A stretch of 64,000 bases of DNA from Octopus sinensis (taxonomy: Eukaryota), in NCBI RefSeq assembly GCF_006345805.1, contig NC_043006.1, positions 53,878,001 to 53,942,000 on the forward strand, read 5' to 3'. The translations under genes were made by a program, and so were the position numbers. The notes under the pieces are model-generated. The model was not told the DNA's origin, searched no databases, and worked only from the letters and a program-made list of their open reading frames with translations. Below, piece after piece: positions 35,277 through 48,429 of this stretch (position 1 is its first letter; each line of letters opens with the position of its first letter).

Positions 35277-36066
35277 GAGGCGTGGTTCTTGTATGGTCAG
35301 ACTTGTTTGTTTGGCCTTTTAAGATGGAGGAGGAAAAAGAAGAGAAAGGAAAAAGAATTATTGTATTTGAATTGGTCAAGGATTTAATTGAAAAACCAGA
35401 TGTTTTTGACTTTCTTGTGTACTACTACTCTTTCATTCTTTTATCTGTTTTAGTCATTTGACTGTGGCCATGCTGGAGCACCGCCCCCAGGACTTATTCT
35501 TTGTAAGCCTAGTACTTATTCTATCGGTTTCTTTTACGGGGACGTAAACACACCAGCATCGATTGTCAAGCGATGTTGGGTGGGGGGATACAAACACAGA
35601 CACACAAACATATACACACACACATATATATATACACATATATACGACGGGCTTCTTTCAGTTTCCGTCTACCAAATCCAGTCACAAGACTTTAGTAGAA
35701 GACACTTGCCCAAGGTGCTACGCAGTGGGACTGAACCCGGAACCATGTGGTTCGTAAGCAAGCTACTTACCACGCAGCCACTCCTACGCCTACGTGTATT
35801 GCTTTTTTTAAACTCCTTTTTGCAGACTGAAGGCTAAAAATCAAGAAGAACGGCTAAAATGACCAAAACTTTCCAAATTTATTTAACCACAGAGATGAAC
35901 CTTCAATTATATTAATTAAGTATTGTCCTGAAAAAATCATAACGTGTACATATGTATGTGTGCACAAATATGGACATGTACCTATATAGATGTCTTTGAG
36001 TGAGTGTGTGTACGTGTGTATGTATATGTATGTGTTTTTGTGTGTGGATATATGTATGTGTGTGTA

Positions 36067-36097
<31 letters not shown>

Positions 36098-36430
36098 GGG
36101 GGTGGGGCGGTATGTATATAGATATATAATTGCTGTGTGGGCGTATAGGGAACTCAAAAATCACTCTTTCGTAAACATCTAAAATTTCAGTGAGAAAAAG
36201 TTGACCACATCCATACAACTATTCTTTAATGAACACAAAAGAACAAGTCCTGGAAATGCAATTATAATCTTTTACTGAAGAAAGTCAAAAACAACATCTG
36301 GTTTTTCAATTAAAACCTTGACCAATCCAAATACAAATATTCTTTTTCCTTTCTCCTCTTTTCTCTCCCCTGCCTTAAAGGGCCACTAAGTACTAAACAA
36401 ACTAGTCTGACCATACAAAAACCATGCCTC
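35277..36430. repeat. ~140-150-bp inverted repeat pair (35277-35416 and 36278-36430)
   Basis: GAGGCGTGGTTCTTGTATGGTCAGAC...TTAATTGAAAAACCAGATGT...GACTTTCTT and its reverse complement, roughly 80% identical by eye. Confidence 0.8.
35440..35790 (-). mobile_element. SINE-A
   Basis: TTAGTCATTTGACTGTGGCCATGC...CACGCAGCCACTCCTACGCC. Confidence 0.85.
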
Positions 36431-36644
36431 TTTACCTTATCATCCATCTCAAACAAATTTTCTTCTTTTTTTCTTCTTCCTTGCTTGGCAAACCACAGAA
36501 AATTCTTTATAAAAAGGCCAAGAAATCTAAATTTGAGCCATTTTTTGATAAATCTGATAATGGAAAAAAAGCACAAAAAATGAAAATAAGATGTAAATAA
36601 ATAAAATATATATGTATAAAAATCATCCAGCATTCGGACTCCAG

Positions 36645-36960
36645 GGGTGGCTGTGTGGTAAGTAGCTTGCAGAACCACAGAGTTCTAGGTTCAGTCCTAT
36701 TGCGTGGCACCTTGGGCAAGTGTCTTCTACTATAGCCTCGGGCCGACCAAAGCCCGTCGTATATGTATATGTATATATATGTGTGTGTGTGTGTTTGTCC
36801 ACCCCCCTCAACATCGCTTGACAACTGATGCTGGTGTGTTTACGTACCCGTAAACTAGCGATTCGGCAAAGAGACCGATAGAGTAAGTACTAGGCTTACA
36901 CAGAATAAGTACTGGGGTCGATTTGCTCGACTAAAGGCGGTGCTCCAGCATGGCCGCAGT
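36645..36960 (+). mobile_element. SINE-A with internal deletion
   Basis: GGGGTGGCTGTGTGGTAAG...CCAGCATGGCCGCAGTC. Confidence 0.85.
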
Positions 36961-37481
36961 CATAAAAGAGTCTATGTATGTATGTGTGTGCGTGCGTGTG
37001 TGTGTGTCTGTGTATGTCTGTGCGTGTCGGAGAATGTAAAAAGGAGAAAAAGTAGAAAGTTTCTGTAATCTTCATATTTCAGGCGCAAAAGCCCATCTTC
37101 AAAGAATTTGAATGGGTTAACAGAACCTACATAACTGGAATGCTTTTTCCTCTGAAGATGGGTCTTTGTGCTTGAAATTAATAGGTTTTATAAAACATTC
37201 TGCATTGTGTATTTTCTCTCTTTTTATCTTCTTTGATATTACAATACTTCAACAAGCGAACTACAAAGCTCTTATATATGCGTGTGTGTGTGTGTGTTTG
37301 TGTGTGTGTGTCTGTGTGTGTGTGTTTGTGTGTGTGTCTGTGTGTGTGTGTGTGTGTGTGCGTGCGTGTGTGTCTGTCTTTTCTCATTTGCTCATTTAAG
37401 TCATTAGACTGCGGCCATACTGGGGTACCTTCTTGAAGAGTTCTTAGTCGAACGAATCGACCCCAGTATATTTTTTAAAGC

Positions 37482-39362
37482 CTGGACGACCTGTAGATAC
37501 GTTTTCAGGATGATAGTTTTTTTTACAAATTCGGAAACATACTGCTTGCCAACACAGCCTTTATGTCACTCGTAGAGATAGCCTTCTCCGCTACACTGTC
37601 CTCTTCCGGGGAACCAATCTCTTCCACCGCATCCGAATGCCGCTACTCCTGAAGCTGCAGGAGTTCATGTCGTCAACACCTCTGAGTGTTCCTCGACGAG
37701 ATCGTTAATGTCCCCATCGTCAACCTCGAGGTCCATGGACTTGCCAAGAGACACTATCTCCTCGACTTCGACTACAGGTGTCTCAGACTCAAACCCCACG
37801 AAGTCTCTTTCGGATACGCAGTCAGGCAACAGTTTCCTGCAGAATTCAGCGTTCTCCTCGTTACACCCTGCCATATTGATGATTTTCAGGAGGTTAACAA
37901 GATTGTAGTGTTCCTTCGAAAATTCACGAATGTTTAGATTTGTACTTTCGGTGAATTCAAAGCACCGACGAAACAGGTGTTTGGTGTACAATTTCTTAAA
38001 ATTAGAAACTACCTGTTGATCCATGGGATCAAATAGGAGTGGTGTTACGTGAACGGTATAGAACTTTTATGAATTTGAATTTGTCCAGGATATCATCTTC
38101 GAAGTTAGGAGGGTAAGCAGGAGCATTATCTAGGATGAGGAGAGCCTTGAGAGGAAGATCGTTCTCCAGAAGGTCCTTTCTCACAGCTGGTCCGAAGATA
38201 AGGTTGACCCACTCGGTGAGGAATTTGCCGGTGATCCAGGCTTTAACGTTTGCTCTACAAATGACCAGCAGCTCCTCCTTCAGGATTTTGGGGGATTTGA
38301 ACGCTCGTGGGTTTTCGGAATGGTAGACAAGGAGCGGCTTAATTTTCAAGTCTCCACTCGCATAGGTACAAAAGGCGAGAGTTAGTCTATCTTTCATAAG
38401 TTTGTGACCTGGCATTTTCTTCTCCTTTGCAGTTATGTAGGTTCTTCTGGTGAATTTTTTTCCCCAATAAAGGCCAGTTTCATCATAGTTAAATACTTGT
38501 TGTACGATGTACCCCTCGGCTGCGATGAGCTGACGGAATTCACACACGAAACCCCCAGTTGCTTTTGTGTCAGAATTCGCTGTTTCTCCATACTCGACGG
38601 TGCTATGAACACCAGCTCTCCACTTGAAATTATCAAACCAGCCGTGACTGGCCTTAAATGCGTCTGTTGATGTCTCCTCTGGCGATGTCCCAGGTCTCTG
38701 CTTCAGGAGATCCCCATACAGCGCTCGTGCTTTCTCGCAGATGATGGTCTCCATAATCGTATCCTCTGTGAGTTGCTTCTCGTTGATCCACAGAAGTAAT
38801 TTTTCCATCTCTTCGCGGATAGATGTGCGTTGATTTGAGAGTCTGGAGACACCCTTTGCCTTGATCGTATCGGCCTTGATCTCGTCCTTTTTCTTCAGGA
38901 TGGTGCAGATCGTCGACGTGCTTCGGTCGTATTCACGTGCTATGTCCACTACACGCACTCCTCTCTCATGTTTATCAATGATTTTTTTCTTCAATTCTAT
39001 CGTTATCAGCTTTTCTTCTTCCGGCACTGTTCTTTGCACTAATCTTCTTAGGACCCATGACTAACACAACTAATTATCATAAAATAATAGCAAAAAAATG
39101 TACAAAAGTAAAAAAACAAAACGCCACTTGGAAAAACACAACAAGGACGCTGCACAACGAGATAAAGACGCGAACTGAGCGAACAGAGGCTGCGCTTGTT
39201 GGGAGAGCGTGTGCGAGCTCAGTGCCGACTAGCGGTCGCTTGTATGAAACTCGCTCGTTCTGTGGATTTTCGCTCGTACTTCAAGACAAAAATTCGCACG
39301 AGCCTCGGCTCGTACAGCAAATTACTCGTACGATGGTGCACTCGAACTGCTAGGTTTTACTG
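37482..39362 (-). mobile_element. Tigger/pogo-type DNA transposon, 3'-truncated
   Basis: 5' end on minus CAGTAAAACCTAGCAG at 39362 with flanking TA (39363-39364); CTCG subterminal repeats; transposase on minus; no second TIR seen. Confidence 0.85.
37490..39039 (-). pseudogene. Tigger/pogo transposase (CENP-B-type HTH + DDE), frameshifted
   Basis: IELKKKIIDKHERG..., WINEKQL...CEKARALY, FKASHGWFDNFK, VFNYDETGL, KDRLTL, LLILDNAPAYP, NTTP /frameshift/ MDQQVVSNFKKLY. Confidence 0.9.
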
Positions 39363-39389
39363 TACATACATACAAACATATATGTACGT

Positions 39390-39712
39390 GAAGGCACGTG
39401 GATTAGTGGTTAGGGCATTCGACTCACGATTGTAAGGTCGTGAGTTCAATTCCCGGCGACGCGTTGTGTCCTTGAGCAAGACACTTTATTTCACGTTGCT
39501 CCAGTCCACTCAGCTGGTAAAAATGAGTTGTACCTGTATTTCAAAGAGCCAGCCTTGTCACACTTTGTGTTACACTGAATCTCCCTGAGAACTACGTTAA
39601 GGGTACACGTGTCTGTGGATTGCTCAATCACTTGCACGTTAATTTCACGAGCAGGCTGTTCCGTTCATCGTATCAGCTGGGACCCTCGTCGTCGTAACCG
39701 ACAGAATGCTCC
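39390..39712 (+). mobile_element. SINE-D, full length
   Basis: GGCACGTGGATTAGTGGTTAGGG...GAGTTCAATTCCC...GTCGTAACCGACAG; antisense twin at 21467-21792. Confidence 0.85.
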
Positions 39713-39726
39713 TCACACACACTATA

Positions 39727-39767
<41 letters not shown>

Positions 39768-40154
39768 GTTGAAGATCAAGTTTCGCCTATCGGCTTATTC
39801 CTCGAATGGTTGAGTTAGGCTTCACACTAAATTAGACTCTACTCTCTCTATAGAGTCACTGCCATCAGTAAATGATATGATGTCATTCTTAATAGTGCTT
39901 TAAAATAATGGTTTTGAATGAGGCACAAGGCCGCAAGTAATAGTAATTAGTTGATGCCATTGACCCCAGGAACTTTACTGATACTTTATTTTATTGAGAG
40001 CAAAATGACGAACAGGAAAAGTTAACCTCAACGGGATTTGAACGTAAAGAGCTGAAATTTAATATAGCATTTTGTCTGACATCCTAACGATTCTGCTAAC
40101 TCACCACCCGCCGCTTTTCATAACTTTCTTTCTTCTCTTGTTGTTTTTATTTTT

Positions 40155-40185
<31 letters not shown>

Positions 40186-40199
40186 TCTTTTAACCTTTA

Positions 40200-40410
40200 T
40201 TTCTTTTCAGTCATTTGCCTATGGCCATGCTGGGGCAGCACCTTGAGGAATTTTTTAGTGGAATGAATCAACCCTAGTGCTTCTTTTCTTTCGTTAGTTG
40301 TTTTGTTCTTTGTATTTTTGTAAGCCCGGTACTCATTTTATCGGTAACTTTAACCGAACCGTTAAGTTACGGGAACGTAAACATTCCAACACCGGTTGTC
40401 AATCGATGCC
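40200..40410 (-). mobile_element. SINE-A 3' part
   Basis: TTTCAGTCATTTG...GGCCATGCTGGGGCAGCACC...AACACCGGTTGTCAA. Confidence 0.7.
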
Positions 40411-40524
40411 GAGTGACAAACACACACACACACACACACACAAACACGTTTTTGTTTTTTTGTTTTGGCTTTTTTGTTTTTTCCCGTTTCAGCTCTTGAG
40501 CTGTGGCCATGCTGGGCAACCGCC

Positions 40525-40685
40525 ATTGTGGTGAAAGAGTACATCAGGGATCACCACCCCCTGAGCCTCGTAGAGCTTCTTTTTAGGTTTTTCGCTCAAT
40601 AAACACACACAACCCATCTGAGATCGAAACCGCGATCCTGCGACCGCGAGCCGCTGCCCTAACCACTAGGCCATTTGCGCCTCTG
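40525..40685 (-). mobile_element. SINE-C 5' part
   Basis: GGGATCACCACCCCCTG...GAAACCGCGATCCTGCGACC...CCACTAGGCCATTTGCGCC. Confidence 0.8.
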
Positions 40686-41170
40686 TATGTATTTTACTAA
40701 AGACCTGTCGTTCTTTCAGTTTCCGTCTACCAAATCCACTCACAAAGCTTCGGTCGACCCGGTACAATAGAAAAAGAAAGTTGCCCAAGGTACCATGCAG
40801 TGGGACTGAACCCGGAACCATTGCACAGCCAAGCCTGCGCCTATGTTTTTATCATTCTTTCTTCTACTTATTCTTTCTTTCTTTCCTTCTATTTGCAGAC
40901 AATTTTCTCTCCTTTCGCCTTTGTCCCAGAAAGACATTTCACATTTCGCTTCTTTCTTCCTCTTTTCTTTTCATTCCTTTTATTCTGCTTTCTTTCCTTC
41001 TTTGCCTTCTTCGCTTTAATTCATATATTTTCTTCCTTTTCGTATTTTCTTTCTTTCATCTGTTTTTTTTTCTTCCTACGTGTGTCTTCATCCTCGCTTA
41101 TCCTATTCCCGTTATAATTTTCCCTTCTTCCTTTTCCTTTCTCTTTTTCTTTTCCTCTCTCTTTCTTCCA

Positions 41171-41171
<1 letters not shown>

Positions 41172-41263
<92 letters not shown>
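41172..41263. repeat. (CT)n microsatellite at the end of a pyrimidine-rich tract
   Basis: Direct reading; source of RERE/SLSL ORFs. Confidence 0.95.
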
Positions 41264-41266
<3 letters not shown>

Positions 41267-41644
41267 CAGATTGGGCTGGTTCGTGGTCCCAAACGAAGGC
41301 CCCAATTAGAGACGAAACCAATCAGATCAAGAACGCTTTATCGGAGAGATAAAGAAGACATTTGTTTATATTTTCCAAGGTATATCTGATTACTAATCAC
41401 GCCGATAGTTAAAATTTGTATTGTTTATCACAAGATATACTTTACAGTACATTTCGAATTATGCAACATCCGCTGTTCAGTGCATCATTTATACATATAC
41501 ACAAACACACAAATTATATATATATACGATTACGGTGCACGTGCGTGTGTTTTGCTCTTGATCTTTTTTTCTTTTTGTTCCCCTCTGTATGTGTGTTTAT
41601 GTGTATAGCAGTGTGTGTGTGTGGCGGTGTGTAGCAACGTGTGG

Positions 41645-41709
<65 letters not shown>

Positions 41710-41718
<9 letters not shown>

Positions 41719-41830
41719 TGTTATATCAGTTAAGAATGCCTCCTCCTTTGATAAGTCTTTTATTTCGCAAGTACTTACGTAACATAGACGCCCATACATA
41801 CATACATACATACATACATATACATATATG

Positions 41831-41896
<66 letters not shown>

Positions 41897-42200
41897 AGTA
41901 TATATAAATATATACATACATATATATATATAGCATATACATATATATATATATATGCATATCATCTATATATATATGCACGTGTGTGCGTATGCATGTA
42001 TGTGTATATATGTGTGTGTATGTATGTATGGTATGTATGTATGGTATGTATGTATGGTATGTATGTATGTGTGCGTGTATGTATGTATGTATAATGTGTG
42101 TGCGTTTGAGTGTGTGATGCCATATCAGTTGGTAAGAATTCCTGCTTTGATAAGCCTCTCATTTCGCAACGAGTTACGTAACCTACACGCCCATATTTCT
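41710..42200. repeat. ~75-bp direct repeat pair separated by microsatellites
   Basis: TGTGATG..ATATCAGTT...CTTTGATAAG.CT...ATTTCGCAA..A.TTACGTAAC.TA.ACGCCC at ~41713 and ~42113. Confidence 0.75.
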
Positions 42201-42417
42201 TTGTCTAGCTGCTGCCATCTCTCTCCTTCTCTCTCCATAACACACATACCCCTCGTTCTGAAGACCGAAATACAAAACAAAACAAAATAAACAACAACAA
42301 AACGCTTCGTTATTTCTTTCTTTAGCTCTTTGTTATACTTACTTACATACACATACACACGCTTTCTCTCTTTCTCAACCACACACACACACAAGCACGT
42401 GTGCGGACACACACGCA

Positions 42418-42486
<69 letters not shown>

Positions 42487-42879
42487 CCATATGGCGTATC
42501 ATCAGACATTATATATTGCAAAAGAAACAGCTTCAGTGCATTAAAATGTGCAGTTATTGTTTGAAGGAAGTGGTTCATTTGCATTACCCCCTCAAAAGGT
42601 AAATGAAAACCGAATGAACAATGAACAATAAACAATGTCTTCACAATTCCACTGTTGCGCATGCTCATAATGTAAATCAGTAAATATATTTAATCAGTTA
42701 TCATCGTGATATAAATGTAATGTCTGATGTATGTAAGATGAGCCTGAATTCAGAAATAGGTCCTTGTGACTTCAGACAATTCTGTTTTATTAAAAAAAAA
42801 TAATAAATATGTAAAAATGTTTTAACAAGTCTACTCCAGGTATGTTTCCCAAGCTTCCTCCGAAGGACAAACATACAAG

Positions 42880-44400
42880 AAGAGAGAGAGAGAGAGGATG
42901 GAAAATGGCATAGATCTTATTCATAAGGGAGAACCTATCTCTCTGACTTCAGCTATCAGCCAAGTCATGGGACGGAACTAGTGTTAATACTCTCTGAGGA
43001 AAATTAGTTAAGCAACACTCAGCGCGTTTTCTGTCCAAGTAAAGCTACCTGGGGCAGCTTTTAAGGTGTTTTAAGCACGAGGCTAACAGTTTTGAAGGGA
43101 GGGGTTAGCCAATACTTTCTTTACTAGTACTTGTTTTTACGACCCCAGAGAGATGAAAGGCAAAGACGACTTCTGGCTGTATTGAACTCAGAACGTAAAG
43201 AGACGAGACAAATAACGTAAAGCATTTTTCCGACGTTCTAGCGATTCTGCCGACTCGCTGGCTTTCTGTACTACATAATAGCATTGACACAAAGTACTTA
43301 ATGTACCAGTAATTTATTAAAGTTGATATGGGCTAATATCACAAGCTACGGGATCTCAGCATAGCTGGAAAACTAGGACAGCGGTTGAATGATTTTATTA
43401 AGAAACAGACCAACGATACTCTCTGAATGGGAGTGCCTCAGGGAACTATCTTGCTTTCATTACGCTGTGTAATAGCTTTAACAGACATAAAAAAAATGTT
43501 ATGTTACTAAGATCTCCATTCTCACTAACTTTTCTGAAGATACCAAATTATTAAAAGAAAATGATCAACAATTCAAATTATGTCAACAGCCTTCCATTAC
43601 CCGTCGCTAATAAGGTGCACCGGACGACACTGTCCCCTCACTATTTAATGAAGCACCCTCAGATTTACAGTGGTACCCTTACTTCGTAATCCACTTTAAC
43701 ATTATTACAAATTAGTGCCCACCCAGAATATCCTAAGGCACTCCCAGTCACCAAAGTCTAGAGACGAGCCTGCAGCCTTCAGGAAAAACTATACCGCCGT
43801 ATGTAGGTGAAGAACTTATGTAAACAACATACAATTCGTTACTAGAAAGCTTCAAATACTTCGCTGTCATCTCTATGAACTCGTTATGGATACAGATGAT
43901 TGGATGAGATTGTAATTCTAGAATCAGGTCTGTACTAAACATAGAAATTATAATGAGTAACCATGCATTATTTCATAGACATATCACTAAGATGATAAAC
44001 GACTGGCCGGATGGATTCTGAGAATATTTAGTAAAAATGAACAAGAATTTATGTTGGTTCTATGGAGACAATTACTCACAGCTGTGACCTCTGTATAGCA
44101 CAAAGCCATCCAACTGTGTTACGTTAAGATGATTGCTTGTACAAAATGAAAACTTGGAACTGAAAGCTATATAAATTCTTGAACCTGATGACACAGTTTA
44201 ACTCCAAAATGTTCTCCTTTCGTGTCCCGAGTTAGAACTAAATAATGCAATAATTTGGAATTTGGGATTGATATGGACACAAATCTTCATCTTGTTACCT
44301 CGAAATATAAGTGAACTATATGAAGTTGATACCGATATATCCAAACAACTCTTGGATATTCTACATAGTAGAATTCTAGGTAAAGTTGCAACAGAGTTGG
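42880..44400 (+). mobile_element. CR1/L2-group LINE reverse transcriptase remnant (SINE-B inserted at ~43090-43260)
   Basis: PISLTSAISQVM; KVDMG.YHKLRDLSIAGKLG; GVPQGTIL; FSEDTK; LAGWILRIF...LVLWRQL; many stops and frameshifts. Confidence 0.8.
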
Positions 44401-44654
44401 AGATAAAGGTGAGAGATAAGGCATCAAAAGCCATAATTCTTCAAATATCAAATACAAAACAAGGGCTTCTACAAGCATTGGCATTGTTTTCCTATCATGG
44501 GAACAGAGGTGACAGGGTGGAATCAATAAAACGGTATTTATATATACATACACACACACACACACATAAACTTAGATAAACTTAGATATGTTTCGACCAA
44601 AAATTGGTCCAGGCCATGTCTAACTTAATAGCACCACCTGATAGGATTATCTAA

Positions 44655-44870
44655 ATCCTGTTTAGATACACAATGTGACCTCGTGTGTACCGTTGGCGAT
44701 TTTTTCCTCTGTCTTCCCTTCTCTGGATCTTTCCTTCTATGTTTCCGACGAAGAGCTCCGCTCGAAACGTTAAATCCTCCTTCTTTCCTTCTTTCCTGAG
44801 CGTCCAATAATACTATAGTTGTTCCACGTCCTCGCGTTGTTGTGTTTTTTTGTGCTTTCTTGTTTGGATT
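44655..44870 (+). mobile_element. Penelope-type terminal repeat fragment with minimal hammerhead-like motif
   Basis: GTTT-CCGACGA-A-GAGC-TCC-GCTC-GAAA-CG-TT-AAAT at 44741-44775. Confidence 0.5.
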
Positions 44871-44895
44871 AACTATATGTATATATACATACATT

Positions 44896-44938
<43 letters not shown>

Positions 44939-44942
44939 ATAT

Positions 44943-44991
<49 letters not shown>

Positions 44992-45299
44992 ATATACATA
45001 CATATATACATACATACACACACACATATATCTATGTATATAGATAGATACATATACAAAATGTATGTGTATGTGTGTGTGTGTGTTTGTATATTTGTGT
45101 GTATGTATGCGTATAGGTTCTATGAACAACATTATTCTCAATCGGATAGATTATTGCTCCCAGATGTGGTCGCCATGTGTGTGTGTGTGCGCGCGTGTGT
45201 GTAAGTATGTATGTGGGGGAGATGGTAATGTAGATGCACACGCTACTTATCCCACCCAGTACTTTTTCTTCTCAGGTGAGGAAATTCAAACATGCTGAA

Positions 45300-45470
45300 G
45301 CGTAGCTATTTTGTAAGAACAGTTTTGTTGTACTCGATTATATCGGTAAAAATTTCATCCGTATCTAGAACACTTTTTTGCAGCAAAACTGCTTGCTTAT
45401 TGACTCCACTGAACCCTCGTCGCTTGGATCTTTGGCTTCCTGTCAGCTCACCTATTTCATTGTGATCAGT
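45300..45470 (-). mobile_element. R4/Dong-type retroelement C-terminal fragment
   Basis: GVNKQAVLLQKSVLDTDEIF resembles the LQKSVLLGTA.IL end of restriction-like-endonuclease non-LTR elements. Confidence 0.45.
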
Positions 45471-45624
45471 GATAATGCGAAATTCCTCTCCCAACCATCT
45501 CCCCCCCCTCTCTCTCTCTCTTTGTCTCACTCTGATTATATTCAACCGGTCCTTCAATAAAGTACATAAACAATAAACAGTAAATAGTAAATTATGTGTG
45601 TGTTTGTGTGTGTGTGTGTGTTTG

Positions 45625-45830
45625 TGTGGAGGCGCGTGGCTTAGTGGTCAGGGTGTCAGCATCATGGTCGTAAGATTGTGGTTTCGATTCTTGGACTGGG
45701 CAACGCGTTGTGTTTTTGAGCAAAACACTTCATTTCACGTTGCTCCAGTCCACTCCAGCTGGGGAACACGTACGCTATAGAAACTGGGAAACCGGGCCCA
45801 TGAACCTGGCTAGGCTTTAAAAGGGCGCAT
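45625..45830 (+). mobile_element. SINE-D-like head with alternative tail
   Basis: GGAGGCGCGTGGCTTAGTGG...GGTTTCGATTC...TTGCTCCAGTCCACTC. Confidence 0.7.
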
Positions 45831-45838
45831 TTATTTAT

Positions 45839-45899
<61 letters not shown>

Positions 45900-46104
45900 T
45901 GTGTGTGTGTGTGTGCGTGCGTGTGTGTATGTTTGTTTGTCCTCCACCACCGCTTGATAACCGGTGTTGGTGTTTTTACGCCACCGTAACATAACAGTTC
46001 AGCAAAAAAAAAAAATAATAACTCGATAGAATAAATACCAGGCTTTTTTTTTTAAATCACTGAGGTCGATTCGTTCGGCTAAAGTTCCCCCAAGACGGTG
46101 CCCC

Positions 46105-46420
46105 AGCAAGGCCGTTATCAGGTCTTCTTCTGAGTTGGAAAGTTATTAGGCCAAGCCAATGATTCTCTAATTGTTAGTCCCAGATCTTTAATAATCGCCA
46201 GTGGGATGGTTTCAGTGACCAGATCGCAATTAGTGCGACGAAAATTTTGACTCAAAATAATAGACGTTTAAGTGAAGTTAACAGTCTTTGTGTGCCTCTG
46301 AATGTCTAGTATCTCTCTCCCGTGCAGTAATCGTTTTAGTTTCAACACACTTATCTCAGATTAAATCACTTGCCAGACAAGTACATAGACGAAGATCTAA
46401 TTTTCTGGATATATACATTG
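46105..46420 (-). mobile_element. CR1-group LINE fragment
   Basis: Minus translation IIKDLGLTIRESLAW matches the KDLG..I...L.W motif of CR1-group ORF2. Confidence 0.45.
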
Positions 46421-46624
46421 ATGTGTCAGATTGTGTGTGTGCGTGTGTGTGCGCGTGTGTTTAGAATAAATTACTCGTGTTATATTCTATAGAATTTAGT
46501 TTTCTTACATGCCTGGACAACGCCACAGGCCATTATGTCATAGCTGCTGGCACTGCAAATCTGTTGATAAGCAGGCATAGTTTTCTTGTTACTGAGATGA
46601 GGTTTTAATATTTCTCTTAACTCA

Positions 46625-46990
46625 GAAGGCGGTAGGCTGGCAGAATTGTTACCGCACAGGGCAAAATGCTTAGCGACATTTCGTCCGTCTTTACGTTCTG
46701 GGTTCAAATTCCGCCGGGATCGACTTTGCCTTTCATCATTTCGGGGTCGATTAAATAAGTACCAGTTGAACAGTGGGGTCAATGTAATTGACTTAGCTCC
46801 ATCCACAAAATTTCAGGGCAAATGCTAAGCGACATTTCGTCTGTCTTTATGTTTAGGTTCAAATTTTGCTGGGGTCGACTTTGCCTTTTATCCTTTCCGG
46901 GGTCGATAAGCCAGTTGAACACTGGGGTCAATGTAGTCGACTTATTCCCTCCCCGAACTTTCTGGCCTTGAGCCAAAATTTATAACCAAT
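46625..46990 (+). mobile_element. SINE-B dimer
   Basis: Two consecutive ...GCAAAATGCT.AGCGACATTTCGTC...TCGACTTTGCCTT units. Confidence 0.8.
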
Positions 46991-47174
46991 ATTTATTTTA
47001 ACGCTATTAAAGTATTGAATTTTCAATCTTAATTACACACCGTACATCCACGCACGCACCTATGATCAAATATCTATAGAAAAGAGAATCATCCAACTAC
47101 TGTGTAAGCTTCTGCTGATACAGAATTCCGAATGATACCAGAATTCCAAATCATTTCCAGTAATCAGGCTTACT

Positions 47175-47575
47175 TACTTTACTTGTTTCAGTCATTTCAC
47201 TGCGGCCATACTGGAGCACCGACTTTAGTCGAGCAAATCGACCCCAGGACTTATTCTTTGTAAGCCTAGTACTTATTCTATCGGTCTCTTTTGCCGGACC
47301 GCTAAGTTATAGGGACGCAAACACACCAGCGTCGGTTGTCAAGCGATGTTAGGAGGACAAACACAGACACACAAATATATACACACACGTACATATATAT
47401 ATATATTATCAGATATACGACGAGCTTCTTTCAGTTTCCGTCTACCAAATCCACTCACAACGCTTTGGTCGGCCCGCGGCTATAGTAGAAGACACTTGCT
47501 CGAAGTGCCATACAGTGGGACTGAACCCGGAACCATGTGGTTCGTAAGCAAGCTACTTACCACACTGCCGCTCCT
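47175..47575 (-). mobile_element. SINE-A, full length
   Basis: TTTTACTTGTTTCAGTCA...CACACTGCCGCTCC; explains the first half of ORF 47346-47843. Confidence 0.9.
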
Positions 47576-47789
47576 CCTCTTTCGTTTTATTGTTAGTTTC
47601 CGACATTTCTTCAGTCCAAAAGTTTTGGTTTGGTCTAATGAAAGAGTTGTGGCTATAGCAATGGAGAAGGCCTCTCAGACTAGTGAGATTGACCTGGTTA
47701 ATAATTCTCTTGAAAAGTTGAAAGTAAATGGCTTAAGGAAAGAAAAAAAAAGACATATCTTTCACTTGCATCAGCCATTAGATAACGAC

Positions 47790-47981
47790 CATGCTGGGGC
47801 ACTGCCTTGGGGGAACTTTAGCCGAACGAATCGACCCCAGTGACTTTTTTTTTTTAAAAAAGCTGGTATTTATTCTATCGAGTTTTTTTTTGTCGAACTA
47901 TTATGTTACGATGGCTTAAACACACCAACACCGATTATCAAACGGTGGTGGAGGACGGACAAACACACGTACGCACACACG

Positions 47982-48033
<52 letters not shown>

Positions 48034-48210
48034 CGCACACACATATATATATACTACGTGATTCTTTCAGTTTCCGTCTACCAAATCTATTCACAACGCT
48101 TTGCTCGGCCTGTAGCCATAGTAGAAGACACTTGCCCAAATTTTTATGCCGTGGAACTGAACCCGGGACCATGTAGTTGGGAAGCAAACTTCTTGCCACA
48201 CGGCCACACT
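47790..48210 (-). mobile_element. SINE-A, diverged
   Basis: CCATGCTGGGGCACTGCC...TTGCCACACGGCCACA. Confidence 0.8.
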
Positions 48211-48214
48211 TGCA

Positions 48215-48400
48215 CCAATAATGTAGGGAAATAATTCCAGAGGTTCGACGTTCTGGTATGGTTGCAGTGAGTGAAGTGGTTAATATGGGATAACAAAAGG
48301 TGGACGCAATACGTGTGACAAGAGGAAGAGGAACGACTGAGTGGAAAGGATGTGAATGAAAGTAGTACAAATGTAGACACACTTCTCGGTAGACATGTAC
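48215..48400 (-). mobile_element. CR1-group LINE 3' fragment
   Basis: MCLHLYYFHS...VTRIAS...IPERRTS similar in style to 9980-10410. Confidence 0.4.
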
Positions 48401-48429
48401 TGCATTGCATCAGGACGGCACACTAACCC

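Noticed and set aside
47346-47843. 165-aa ORF
   Set aside because: First two thirds is antisense SINE-A sequence; the remainder has no motif.
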